A stretch of 64,000 nucleotides of DNA. It comes from Octopus vulgaris. Lineage: Eukaryota. This document shows, one piece after another, positions 52,622-64,000 of the stretch (its first letter is position 1; each line of letters opens with the position of its first letter). The position numbers and the translations under genes were made by a program. The notes under the pieces are model-generated. The model was not told the DNA's origin. It worked only from the letters and a program-made list of their open reading frames with translations, and ran no database searches. The stretch lies in contig OX597814.1 in the NCBI GenBank assembly GCA_951406725.2, positions 126,852,001 through 126,916,000 of the forward strand, given 5' to 3'.

Positions 52622-55600
52622 GGTACTAAGTTTCTGTTATTTTGTCTTCACAAGGATAATTTGCCAGGCACAAGTACTAACAGGTTCAAGTCCGGTCATT
52701 GGGTCCCTTGCTGTTTAATGTTTCTAATTTACGTATATAATGAAAACCCTCAGCCATCAACCAGGGGTTCTCCCTGTGACCAGAGTTTGGTTTGCCAAGA
52801 CCCTCCAGCTCCCTTTATATTGTGTTACATGCATTTAATCAGCCATGCTCTTGTTTCCAGTCCATGCTTTTATGTCATCAATTCACAGGTGTCTTTGATG
52901 CCCTCTTGCTCTCTTCTCCTCTACACTGCCAGTCAAGATGGTCTTGGGTAATGACTCATAGTGCATTGTATATTCAAAATATGATAGATTTGTGGACTTA
53001 ATTCTCGACAAGTATCTTTGGATTTTCAGGCTTTTTAGTTCTGTAGCATTTGTTACCCCATCTTTCCAGTTTATTCTGACAAATCTGCAAAAGATCCACA
53101 CCTCAAAGGCATCTGGCAGTCAAGCATAAGTTAGTCAGTCAATCAGTCCTAGGAAGTGGGTGAAAGCTTTTATGAAAGGTGCAGATTTTATCATTGAACA
53201 AAAATGATCATTAAAATATTAGTAGTTAATTAAAAACTCAACATTATTTTACATCTTTAATTACCTGTTATGGATTCTCTTCAAACAAGTGGTATTAATT
53301 TATGCCTCTTTATATCCTGAGTTCAAATCCTGCTGAGTCAACTTTGCCTTCTGGGATCTATAAAATAAATATAGCAGTCAAGGACTGAGTTGATATAACC
53401 AACAACACTAATTTTCAAATATGATGACTTGTATCTATGTTAGAAATTAATATATTACTGGTGCAATTTTACTAATGCCAGAAATTAGAAAAACAAATTT
53501 GACCAATGAATATTACTCAGAATGTTGGAGTATGAAGCTAGATATTGTTAACCATTTCTGACAACTCACTTCCTTCATAAATGGTAAATACTGATAAATG
53601 ATCCCTAAATAGACTGACTATCTCTCTTTCATCAATACATTATTGTTTGATTTCCCTCTTAGTATCTCTGTCATCCTCTCTCTCTCTCTCACACACACAC
53701 ACCACATTCATCAGAGATGTTCTGTATGCAACTGAAGCTGTACATCAAGGATTTGTGTACATAATCATCAAAAGACCCACAAAAATGATGATCATCAAAT
53801 TTAATAATAAACAACCATAAGCAGGTGAGCAAGATTGTTCCTGTAAGTTCTGGAAATTAAATCACTTTGATAGGTTTGAACCCTCTCAGACCAGTGTCCC
53901 TGTGTCTAACTTTATCCTCCACCTGGGCTCCTGAGCAAAAAGATAAATAAACAGTTGCATATACAGCTCAAGAGTAATGGTTGCAGGTAAACTAATGGAT
54001 AGATTTGACTGCATTTGTTTTTCTACATATGTTTATCATTGCTGATTTATCAGGAATCCAGTGGAGATGACATTTAACCTATTCCTACTAAAGCAGGAAT
54101 ACTGTGTGACAGGGTTAATCTTTTATTGACATTCTATTCAAGGAAAGGTTCAGTTCTCTTTATTCAAAAGATAGGATAAATCTCAATGAATGCTTGAGTG
54201 GTTTTTTTGAATGACAATAACAGGAACTCTGGGAGAGGGGTGAGAGTGATGGATTAGAATTATTTATTGTCTTTTTGAGAGCTCAATTGCTTAGGGATTT
54301 TCTGAATTTAGATTTAACATTATCAGTAATGCTGCTACAACTTATAATTTTGAGAAGTTTAGATTTATGTTAGGGTAGGCTACAGTCTTTATTTCACTCA
54401 GAAGAATCAGAAAGAATATTTATTTGGATAGATAATGAATTGATAGTTTGAACTCCTTTGCACAGACAAAAATTTTAATTAATCAGCTAATGAACCATAA
54501 CTATTTTTAAACTGGTACTCTTAGCTAGGGTGTTGAACTATTTGATTTAAATATATAGTCCGTCAACTACTTTTATTAGTTAATATCCTCCACTACTTGT
54601 AGCCTTGGCCAGAACTCTAGGCACTCTTGATCTCTTTCTCATTCATAAACCCAGCCATTACTGACTCTTTTTCATTACTTAATAAAGTTGATACATTTCA
54701 AAACTGCCAACCATACAACAGTCCTTTTTCCACATGTCCTCAGGTACTTCAAATTGGTTAACTATTCGGACCTTCACCAGTTTTATGTTAGCTGCTTATG
54801 ACAGTGAATATGCTTCACTTGTAATTCATTTGAAATTATTTAGTCCATGACCAATATTATCCTCCAAGGCATGTCACACAAACTTTGGCAAAATCAGTGT
54901 TGTTGCTCTTGACATCAGCAAAGGTTTTGACCATGTCAAGCATGAAAACCATCTAAGCTGCTCACCCATAGGTTTCATTCTTCTTTCAGCTTAGATAAGA
55001 GGTTTTCTGTTAGATGGTCACAAACAGGGCTCTTCTTTTCCTACATTTTTCCTTCAGAAATTCGAACTGAGCATCAACCATGCTGAAGTCACTGGTCAGT
55101 GAAAATAAGACCTAGAATCAAGCCATAAATTCACAGTAGCCAGGTCCATACTATACATAGATCATGCTCATGTCACACAGTCTGTCCTGATTAGCAACCT
55201 ATCAGCTTGCAGTGATATCATGCCATATCATGAACATCATCTACAATGTTCTCAAATTTCTTGTGCTTTTCTTAGTATAAGGCAAAAACCTGTTAAGAAC
55301 AACTCCTGGGGTTTGAGTGCCACCAGAGAACACACATCCTCACCTCTTGCCACAAGCAATCAGAGAGCCACCTAGTATACCAGAAACAACATCAAATTTT
55401 CCTTTGTTGAATCCAGCCAGAAATGAAAGGAACTCCTCTTCATAATTGCAAACCAACTCTTTCCTGCTTCTTGAGCCTTACTAATCATTACCAGGGGCGG
55501 ACCCCAGGCACCCTTCAAAAAAGGGACTGTGCCCTTCTAAATTATGTTTACGCCCATTTCACCAGGAATTGTATTCCTTTCTGACCTTGTGCCCACTCTT

Positions 55601-55748
55601 CAAAAAATTCCTACGACCACGCCTGATTACTATGTATATTTGTTATACTGAAGCTCATTTCTATTCGCCTATGTTTCTACCAACAGTCATTAGAAACTTA
55701 TGTAATTATATACAATAAATATCATTTATTGTGTTATGTTCATATTGT

Positions 55749-55844
55749 TCACATGGTTCCGAGTTCAGTCCCACTGCGTGGCACCTTGGGCTAGTGTCTT
55801 CTACTATAGCCTTGGTCCGACCAAAGCATTGTGAGTGGATTTGG

Positions 55845-55897
<53 letters not shown>

Positions 55898-56128
55898 GCG
55901 TGTATGTATATGTTTGTGAGTTTTGTTTGACCCCTCCCCCCCAACATCGCTTGACAACCGATGCTGGTGTGCTTACGGCCCCGTCACTTAGCGGTTCGGC
56001 ATGAGAGACCCATAGGATAAGTACTAGGCTTACAAAGAATAAGTCCTGGGATCGATTTGTTCCACTAAAGGCGGTGCTCCAGCATGGCCGCAGTCAAATG
56101 ACGGAAACAAATAAAAGAATTAAAGAGT
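55749..56128 (+). mobile_element. Family-A SINE
   Basis: B-box, internal (TA)n(TG)n, tail aaacaaataaaagaattaaagag. Confidence 0.88.
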
Positions 56129-57200
56129 ATGCATAACACACAGCCCAGTTTACACTAAGCAAGTAATATACCAACGAAACATCCCACTGTGACACCTGTA
56201 AAGGTCATGGACTCAACCTTCCCTAACGAGAAAGAATGTGTTGAGTAAGTTATTCATATTTTATAGGCATAGGCGTATGGTTGAGAAGCTTGCTTCCCAA
56301 CCATGTGATCTTGGGTTCAGTTCCACTATATGGCATCGTGGGCAAGTGCCTACAGCTATGAGAAAATATTACTTTGCTTGGTAACAGGTAAAAGCAGGTG
56401 ACATGAAGGGCATTCAGTCGTAGAAAATCTACTCAAGAAATTCTGTTTGACCCATGCAAGTAAAAAAATATGAACGTTAAATAATGATGACGATGATACT
56501 TGGTAAAAATCACTATACGCTTTTAATGTAGACTTCTTTTTTTCACGAAAAAATAAAGCGGTGGGTGGTATTTATCTCTGTAAATTTATTAATAGATAAC
56601 AGCTAAATTACCACGTATACCAAACAAATATTTTTAGATGGAAGTGTAAATATACCATTAAGACCCAAACGTAGAGTATATCCACAACCTCTGCAGAATT
56701 AATGACGTTTATTTAAATACTTATAATGAGTCCCTGAAAGATAATAAAAGCTTGCTTAGTATTTTGTGGTCTCTTAACATAGCTTTCTAGTTCCTTCGTA
56801 GGCACAGGTATATACGATACAAAAGGCCTATCAAATCGAAACTGTTATCACGATTTCACTTCAAATGCGATTGATGCAGAGCTATGTCACTAAAGAAAAT
56901 AATATAAAATTTTATGTGCGTATACGCACATGCAAACATTGAGGAATCCATCTACACATACGTACACGCATTCACGTGCACGCACCCCCCCTCTCACATA
57001 CATATACACACAGAGTAATGAGAGATAGGTTTCCGTCAGAGCACCCTGTATATATTGTGTTGAGTAACATACGGTAAGCTCGAGAAATCATACATAGTCG
57101 ATAGAACAGGCATTATGATGTCAGTAAAGTCAAGGTCCCGTCTTTTTATTTTTGTGTCTTCGACTGCTCTAAGCCAGCAAGTACCCATTCACATCATTAA

Positions 57201-57266
57201 TATAAATGGCTGTAGCATCAGAAAACTTCCTTTGGCTGCCACCGGGAGACTGAATTGATGGTAAGT
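57201..57266 (+). promoter_or_regulatory. TATA + TCT/5'TOP-type start and first exon ending in ATG (unidentified gene)
   Basis: TATAAAT 57201-57207; CTTCCTTT 57226-57233 (about 29 nt after the TATA); ATG 57258-57260 directly followed by a perfect GTAAGT donor. Confidence 0.6.
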
Positions 57267-58547
57267 TTCACTATTTCAACACGAATTCAGAACAAAAGCT
57301 TTTTAATTTCTGGTCAGTATGTCTTATACCTGTTATTTTATTGCATCTTTATATTATCACTCTTCCCAAACTAATCACTTTTCTGAATGATGTTTTTATT
57401 ATTTTTTTTACATGTAAACAAGCTGCAGGAGTGTTATTTATATATATATATATATATAAAACAGTGACACATGTTTAAGATATTACATGTGTTTGTTTAT
57501 TAATCTCCTCGCATGTGTGTTTATATATATATTGCTTATTTATAAACGTAATTTGACTCTCGTTCTCATCTGTCGTATTTTTCTTACAGTTAAACTCTAG
57601 TATTTTCCCCACCTACGTATAGTAATGCTCAGAGTTGTGAATACTTTTTACAGTATTACAATATCGTAACGATCATTCATGTGTAAAGAAACTCAGTGTG
57701 CTGTAACACTCTTTCGGTTATTCTTCCCAGACAATATATATGTCGGATGGAGCACTATTATTCTTGTTAATTACATATTTTATGATTACAGAAAGAAAAA
57801 AAATTAAAATGCTGGGTAACATAATTGTTGAAGTGTTATTATTTGTGTTAGAACATAAATTGACGTTCTTCTTCGTGTTTCGGTTTCAGTATGTATTTTA
57901 TTCAGTCCGCCCCTCTTCATTAAATATTGATAACGAAAGTAGTCCCAAATCCAGCAGTCCCCTAATACCGTCGTTAGACAATGAAGGGCAGTGCATATGA
58001 CTCTTTTCTGGACCTACGAAATTAGTGGGTAAAGAGGAAGTTGTTTGTCTCAGGCCGGAGGCTTAGCGCGATTAAGTGGACTCTGCTAACAACATCTGTG
58101 GGTCAAATGGTCATGTAGACCTTAGGAAGTGTTGTCTAGCATTTAGTCATCCTTGAATGAGCAGACCTCTGATTAAAAGAATTCCAGTCATGAACATGCA
58201 TTGTTTATTTCAGATATCGTAAATGGAGAACTCCATTATCGAATGTGTCTTTTCCTTCTTTAAAACAACATGAAAACGATTTAAGGAATATTTATTTTGT
58301 CCGTTACATTACGTTTTAGTGGAGTTAAAGATGGCAGTTAAAATGTCTACTAATAATTTGGCTTCATACTTTTATTGTTGTGAACAATCTAAGATAACTC
58401 GGATTGTTTCTGTAAACCATGATTACTTGGATAGCACCTACAAATAGCAGTTGTGTAGCACCAGGTAATCCTTGATGGAACAGTTCTATGATACGCAGAT
58501 GGCCGAACGGCAAGGTGCGACATACAGACCCATCTATCCAACTAGAT

Positions 58548-58738
58548 CAGTGTTCCGCAACCTTTTTTTTCACTTGCGGTATACGGTACTTATATTCTTT
58601 TCGAAATTCGGCTGCACGCCTGATCTAAAAATATAACTAAAAACATAAGGAAAAATTATATTCCGGTCACATTGCGGCAGACCGAGCATCGTCTCGTGGC
58701 ACATCAGTGTTACATGGCATACCGGTTGCGGAGCACTA
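58548..58738. mobile_element. hAT (Charlie-type) MITE with 8-bp TSD
   Basis: TIRs CAGTGTTCCGCAACC / GGTTGCGGAGCACTA; TSD AACTAGAT at 58540-58547 and 58739-58746. Confidence 0.9.
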
Positions 58739-61700
58739 AACTAGATGATGGCCATAGAAGTACTGCTTCTGTACTTTATCAGCATAAAGGATGAAAGGTA
58801 GAATTAACCACGATTGGGTTGAATATAGAGTACAGAGAGTTTGAGCAAATACTGCTAGATAACCTACCCAAACCAGCTAATTCGTCTGTGTGTGTGTCTT
58901 ATTTCAGTCATTAGACTGCGGCCTTGCTGAGGCACCACCTTGAATATGTATATATAATATATATATACGTTATACATGTGTGTGTGTTGTATATCATCAT
59001 CATTTAACATCTGTTTTCAACGCTGACTTTGGTTGAACAAGATTGTCTTGATCTGTATCAGCTTTTATTTGGAGTTAATGATCTAGACGGATTGGAAGAC
59101 CATAACTCACTCATACATTTCAATTTTGTCTTGGCTTTCTATGGCTAGATGTCCTTTTTGTCTCCACCACTTCACAAGATGTACTGGCTGCATTTTATGT
59201 TGCATCAACAATAGTGATGTTGCTTTGCATCCCATAAGACAAGAGTTTTTACTACTCTATGATGTGTTTATTCATTTAAAATAACGTGTCTGAAAAAGTA
59301 AGTGAAAGAGTGAGTGAAGATAGAAGAATCAAGATGGAGTTGGAGTGAAGGTTGTAAGATTATGAGGTAAAAATAGTGATTGTAGGAGAGTGGTAAAAGC
59401 AGAGAGAGTGATGGTTAGTAATAGAGGTGGACAATGGTAAGAATGAGTGATAGATACCAATAGTGAATGGCTTGGGGGAAGGGAAGTAATGACTGGCAGT
59501 AGAGAAAGGATGAACAGCTATTGTCTTTCTTAGTTGCACAGGCAGAGTAAGACAGTAAATAGAAGAGAGGGCATGCTAATATTATACCTGCTTCATTTCT
59601 TTCTGCATCCAAAGCCAAAAGTCTATCATGCATTGCATTCATATAAACATTATTCATGTTCCTTCACTCTGAAGGAGAAGTCTTTTGTTGCTAGGAGAAG
59701 TAGAAGCTTCTAGAACATTCTCCAACCCATTCTTAGTCTGGTTTCTGTGTTCATTTTAATTAGATCACTTAACAAAAGCCATAAATTATATGTAGAGGTT
59801 CCTAGGCATTTGAGAGAATGTGTACTCTGTGAGCTCTTAGCCCTTATTGTTCCTGTGCAACCCTGTATATGATTAAAAAAGTTTTTGTCTTGCAAGTACT
59901 TGGTGACCCTGTCAGTGCATGTGCCACTTAAAAGCACCCAGTCCACACTGTAAAGTGGTTGGTGTTCAGAAGGGCATCCAGCAGTAAAAAACCTTGTTGA
60001 AACTGACCTCGCCTGTGCTTGGGCCATGTAAAACGCACTACTCACCTCTCTTGTGCTTGTGCTACATAAAAAGCACTAAGTCGACTCTGCTGAGTGGTTG
60101 ATGTTAGGAAGGGCATCCAGCTGTAAAAATTCTGCCAAAACCATCAGAGAGGTCTGGTGCAGGCTTCGGCCTGGCTAGTTCTTGTGAAACCATCCCACCT
60201 ATGCTAGCATGGAATACGGACATTAAATGATGATGATTTGTTTCACTAGAAAGATGGCATCAACAATACCTCTTTCTTGTACAAAACCAGACTGCATCTT
60301 ACCTAGGTTATGTTATCAATTAAACTACAACTCTGGATCTTTCATTATCTGGCTTAACAGTCTGACACCTCTGCAGTTTTCTACATCACTCCTTGTATAT
60401 GACACCTTCCTGTACTACCTGATTTGCTATGCAGATGAGTAGTCTATAACCAACTCCACTAGAAATTTTAAGCATCTTAGCATTGCTGTCAACTTAAATG
60501 GTTGATCTACCTTTTTGGTTAATCTTGGGGAGACTGTCTTTCTCCCATGCATTTTCCTCATTCAACAAACTTGAAATACTACTTCCTTGCCTCTTTCTTT
60601 TCTGTGTAAATATGAACAAGTGTACACACTTTTCTTCAGCACATATCAATTTTCTTTCACACATTGCTCTGCACTTCAGAATATGTCTTATCTTACAATA
60701 CTGGTGAACGTTTCACTTTCAGCTTCTCCTCTTGCTAGTGACTCTTCTTACCATTTGATATTACTCTTTGCTGCTCCCTTTCTTCCAATCTTTCCAAGTC
60801 TATCTCTTCATGGCTCTATCTTGAGAATTATCTCACTGCCATGTCACTCTTCTTTTGCTAGGACTTTGCACCATCCACAGATCTGGTTTGTTGCCCTCAG
60901 TAGATAGTCTTGTATGAACTCTTTGGTATAATTTTCTATCTCCTCTTTCTGTCTTGTTATATATGTAAATAAGTATGTTTCTAAACTTTTGATTTACTAT
61001 GTGGATAACTAGCCAGGAATTTTAAGCACCTTGGAGATAATTCCTGTAGAATCAGGTGTCTTCATATCCTTTCGTCCTGAATAACTTTTATTTTTGTCTA
61101 AGTCTTACTCTGAAGTCACTAACCATTATCTATATTGAGTTGTACATTGCTCATTGGGAAGGACACACATATCTGTTGATCTCTTGTCCTGGTGAGTTAG
61201 TAGTATATTTTAGCTTTTATGTTCAGTTTTTGTTTTTCTTCGCTCATTTGTTCCCTGTTATTCGTTCATATTTTGTACATTCAGCAGAGCATGTTCACTT
61301 CATTTTTTTTCTAGTCTTTGCAAATCCTCTGTGTTTAAGGCCCATATCTCGATACCATTCAGCCTTGTGCATCATATACAGGCTTCATACAATCTGCTTT
61401 TCGTCTATTGTTAGCCACCCAAGGTTATAGTTCTGTAAACTTTTTTCAATCAGTTCTAACATTGGCAACTATGCTTTAGAGCATGTACCCCACTGTGAAT
61501 TAGGTCACCTAGATAACAGAAGCTATCAACTACGAGTCTGTTTTGCATGTGCTTTTAGTACTTATTATTGACATTGTGCACCTACTACATGCAGAGTCTA
61601 CTTCTTTGTTAACTTGCCTGTGATTCTACTTCACCTCCTGTGCATCAGTTTACACTGAATATGCCACTTAGGATTCCTACTTACTCCTTTTCTACACACC

Positions 61701-62566
61701 AAGCATGGCCCTTTCTTTCATGGTTCAGAGTCCTGTCTTTTCTACTACTTACTAAAACTTTAGTCTTTGCTCAGGTTATATTAAGGCACCTTGATTCTGG
61801 GTTTTGCTTTCATGCTTGGAATTTCATTTTTAATTGTGCTATCGATTCAGCTGGCTTGGTGAACAATAATGAACAGAAGGGAACTGAGCCCTGATAGCCT
61901 TACCTTCTACTGTGGCTCTGGGTCGCTCAAAGCCTTGCGTATGGTGTTAGTAGACTGAAAGAAAATGTGTGTGTGTATTTATATCTCGCTCATTGTAATG
62001 TGGTTGGTGTTAAGAAGTGCATTTACTCATGGAAACTAGGCCGATAGTGAAATTTAGGAGTAGATGTGCACCAAATAGGAGAGCAGAAATGACTCATCTA
62101 AACCCTGCCAGAATGTAATGGAAAGTGGGTACACACAGAGACTTAATGTTCCGTGTAATTCGAGAATATTGATATTAAGATCTTTATCTATTTCTTGAGT
62201 TTTTTTCTTTTTTTTCGGGCGTACCAACATTCTCCGAGACTGATTTGAAACAGAATGGCTATGCTTCATTAAATTACATTCAAATGAATTTTTTTTTACA
62301 CAGCACATAATAAAGCAGCTGTAAATTCTATGAGCCTTTCCCTTCACAACAATTTCGATACATAGTATTTTTGGCAATAGTCATGTAGTATTCTTGGCTG
62401 TTAGAATAGCCTTATTCTATCTTAGGTCATTATTGATTCTCGATATGCGCTTTATTATTGATTTTGTTCCCTTTTCTCATCGATATTGTTAATAAGACAC
62501 ATCGTGTGCTTTGGCAACTACCTCGGTTTTTGATAACTGATACTGTCGACATGTCTTTTAATGTTG

Positions 62567-62598
<32 letters not shown>

Positions 62599-62600
<2 letters not shown>

Positions 62601-62740
62601 CTTTTACTTGTTTCAGTCATTTTGAGTGCGGTCATGCTGGAGCACCGCCTTTAGTCGAGAAAATCTATCCCAGGGCTTATTCTTTGTAAGCCTGGTACTT
62701 ATTACGTCGGTTTTTTTCCGAACCGCTAAGTTACGGACAC
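62599..62740 (-). mobile_element. Family-A SINE 3' half
   Basis: cttttacttgtttcagtcat..catgctggagcaccgcctttagtcgag. Confidence 0.8.
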
Positions 62741-63907
62741 GCACATCAAGAAACTGAACTTTTGCTATCTTGAAATAAAAAAAAATAAAAACCTCAATGT
62801 AGACAATTTGTAATCTGTGTAGGTAACACTAACAGCAGACTATTTACCATATATATATCAGTATTTAAAATTTCAATAAATGGTTAAATATCGCAGTATT
62901 TTCCCTATCATTATGAGATGCAATTCTATATTCAAAACAGTCCTAATTTCAATAGATTTTTCACTAAATAAACGGCAACGCCGTAGCCTGAAATGTAGCG
63001 ACACTGACACTCCTCTTTCTCCCTTACTCACACACCCATCTTTGATTTGATCATAACGGTTAATGTTTACATTAACCATAATATCAGTGCCCTTATTACA
63101 TGTTTATCGTAAAAAAAAAAGAGTGGGTGGTAAAACAAAAATGCAGTGTTAGAAAAAATTCTTTTAAAGCACGAAAAAGTGAGTAGCCCGTCATCCTAAG
63201 TTTGCTCAATCAGAATTGGGTGGAGCCAAATGACAAATTTTTCTTCGAGAAATGTCAGGTAACACATCATTTAATGACAGTATTACCCACACTTTGTTGT
63301 TGCGAATGCTCGACCATCACTAGACTCTTAAGTGTAATTCACAGCAATTGAAAAGTAGCCGCAAAAGTAACAGGTTTATTTCGTCCTTGACACACAGAAT
63401 GCTAACTATTGGATGGCAAAAATTAGAAAAATTGAGAGCAAATAAATTACAGACAGAAGGTGCCCAGAGAGAGTATAAATAAAAATTGAAAAAAAATCGG
63501 TGTTATACTGCGAGATCGTCAAATGATCTGAGGGAAATGTATTTCTCTCCTTTATTCTTTTAAACATATATTTATATAATATAAATATATATCATTTCAA
63601 CGTTGTATCTGGCTCGAAACTCGGAGAAAACTCTCCTGTAATTCCTAGTAAATATATCATCTATTGAGCACTTCCTCATTCATTTGTAAACTATAATATG
63701 CATATAAAATATTCAAGTATTCGACAATAAACTATTAAGTCTATTTGATTACAGTCACGTGTAAACGTGACCAGAAAAAAAGAAAGAAAAACCGGGTAAC
63801 ATCCGGCTTACTATCTACGGATGTCAATAAAGGTCATAATATTGAATACTAATACTGTAGGCGTCAGTAATAGTTATGAAAATACTTGACTCCCGACCTT
63901 TTCCGTT

Positions 63908-64000
63908 ATAATAATAATAATAAAATAATGAAATTATTGTATACAGTGCTCAGGTGCACCACAACTTGTCAAAAGTGCGTATAAAGCATATGCAGTAATG
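63908..64000 (-). mobile_element. CR1/L2-like LINE 3' terminus (runs off the window)
   Basis: Reverse complement of 48410-48497. Confidence 0.8.

Noticed and set aside
55492-55625. Possible hAT/Tip100-like MITE (CAGGGGCGGA...CCACGCCTG)
   Set aside because: TIRs are imperfect and there is no clean 8-bp TSD; too weak to call.
62873-63079. ORF starting MVNVNINRY as a ribosomal protein
   Set aside because: Only the first residues resemble RPL36A (MVNVPK); no further motif match or splice support.
46250-64000. EMC8/COX4NB head-to-head with COX4 as in vertebrates
   Set aside because: I could not find EMC8/9-like peptide motifs on the plus strand in this window.

Overview
AT-rich, microsatellite- and retroposon-dense eukaryotic DNA. 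The SINE families and repeat style suggest an octopus/coleoid cephalopod (inference). One complete protein-coding gene could be rebuilt by hand: cytochrome c oxidase subunit 4 (COX4), minus strand, 4 coding exons (38869-38731, 37887-37717, 36562-36431, 35960-35824; 192 aa), plus an unlocated 5' non-coding exon. A second gene probably starts at ~57.2 kb (TATA + TCT/5'TOP initiator + ATG|GTAAGT), and a CpG-retaining promoter-like zone lies at ~16-18 kb. The rest is mostly mobile DNA: a young 5'-truncated R4/Dong-like element inside a (TAA)n tract, Hero-like, RTE, CR1/L2-like, Penelope-like, L1/Tx1-like and Gypsy remnants, DD37D and mariner transposons, hAT and TTAA MITEs, a Helentron-type element and many SINEs. 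Most long ORFs in the track are microsatellite artefacts. I found no convincing wholly new biological system. The best leads are the microsatellite-targeting element nested in another LINE's tail, a 185-bp near-identical direct repeat bracketing COX4, the unidentified TOP-type gene and two palindromes. Repeat boundaries are approximate unless a TSD/TIR is quoted.
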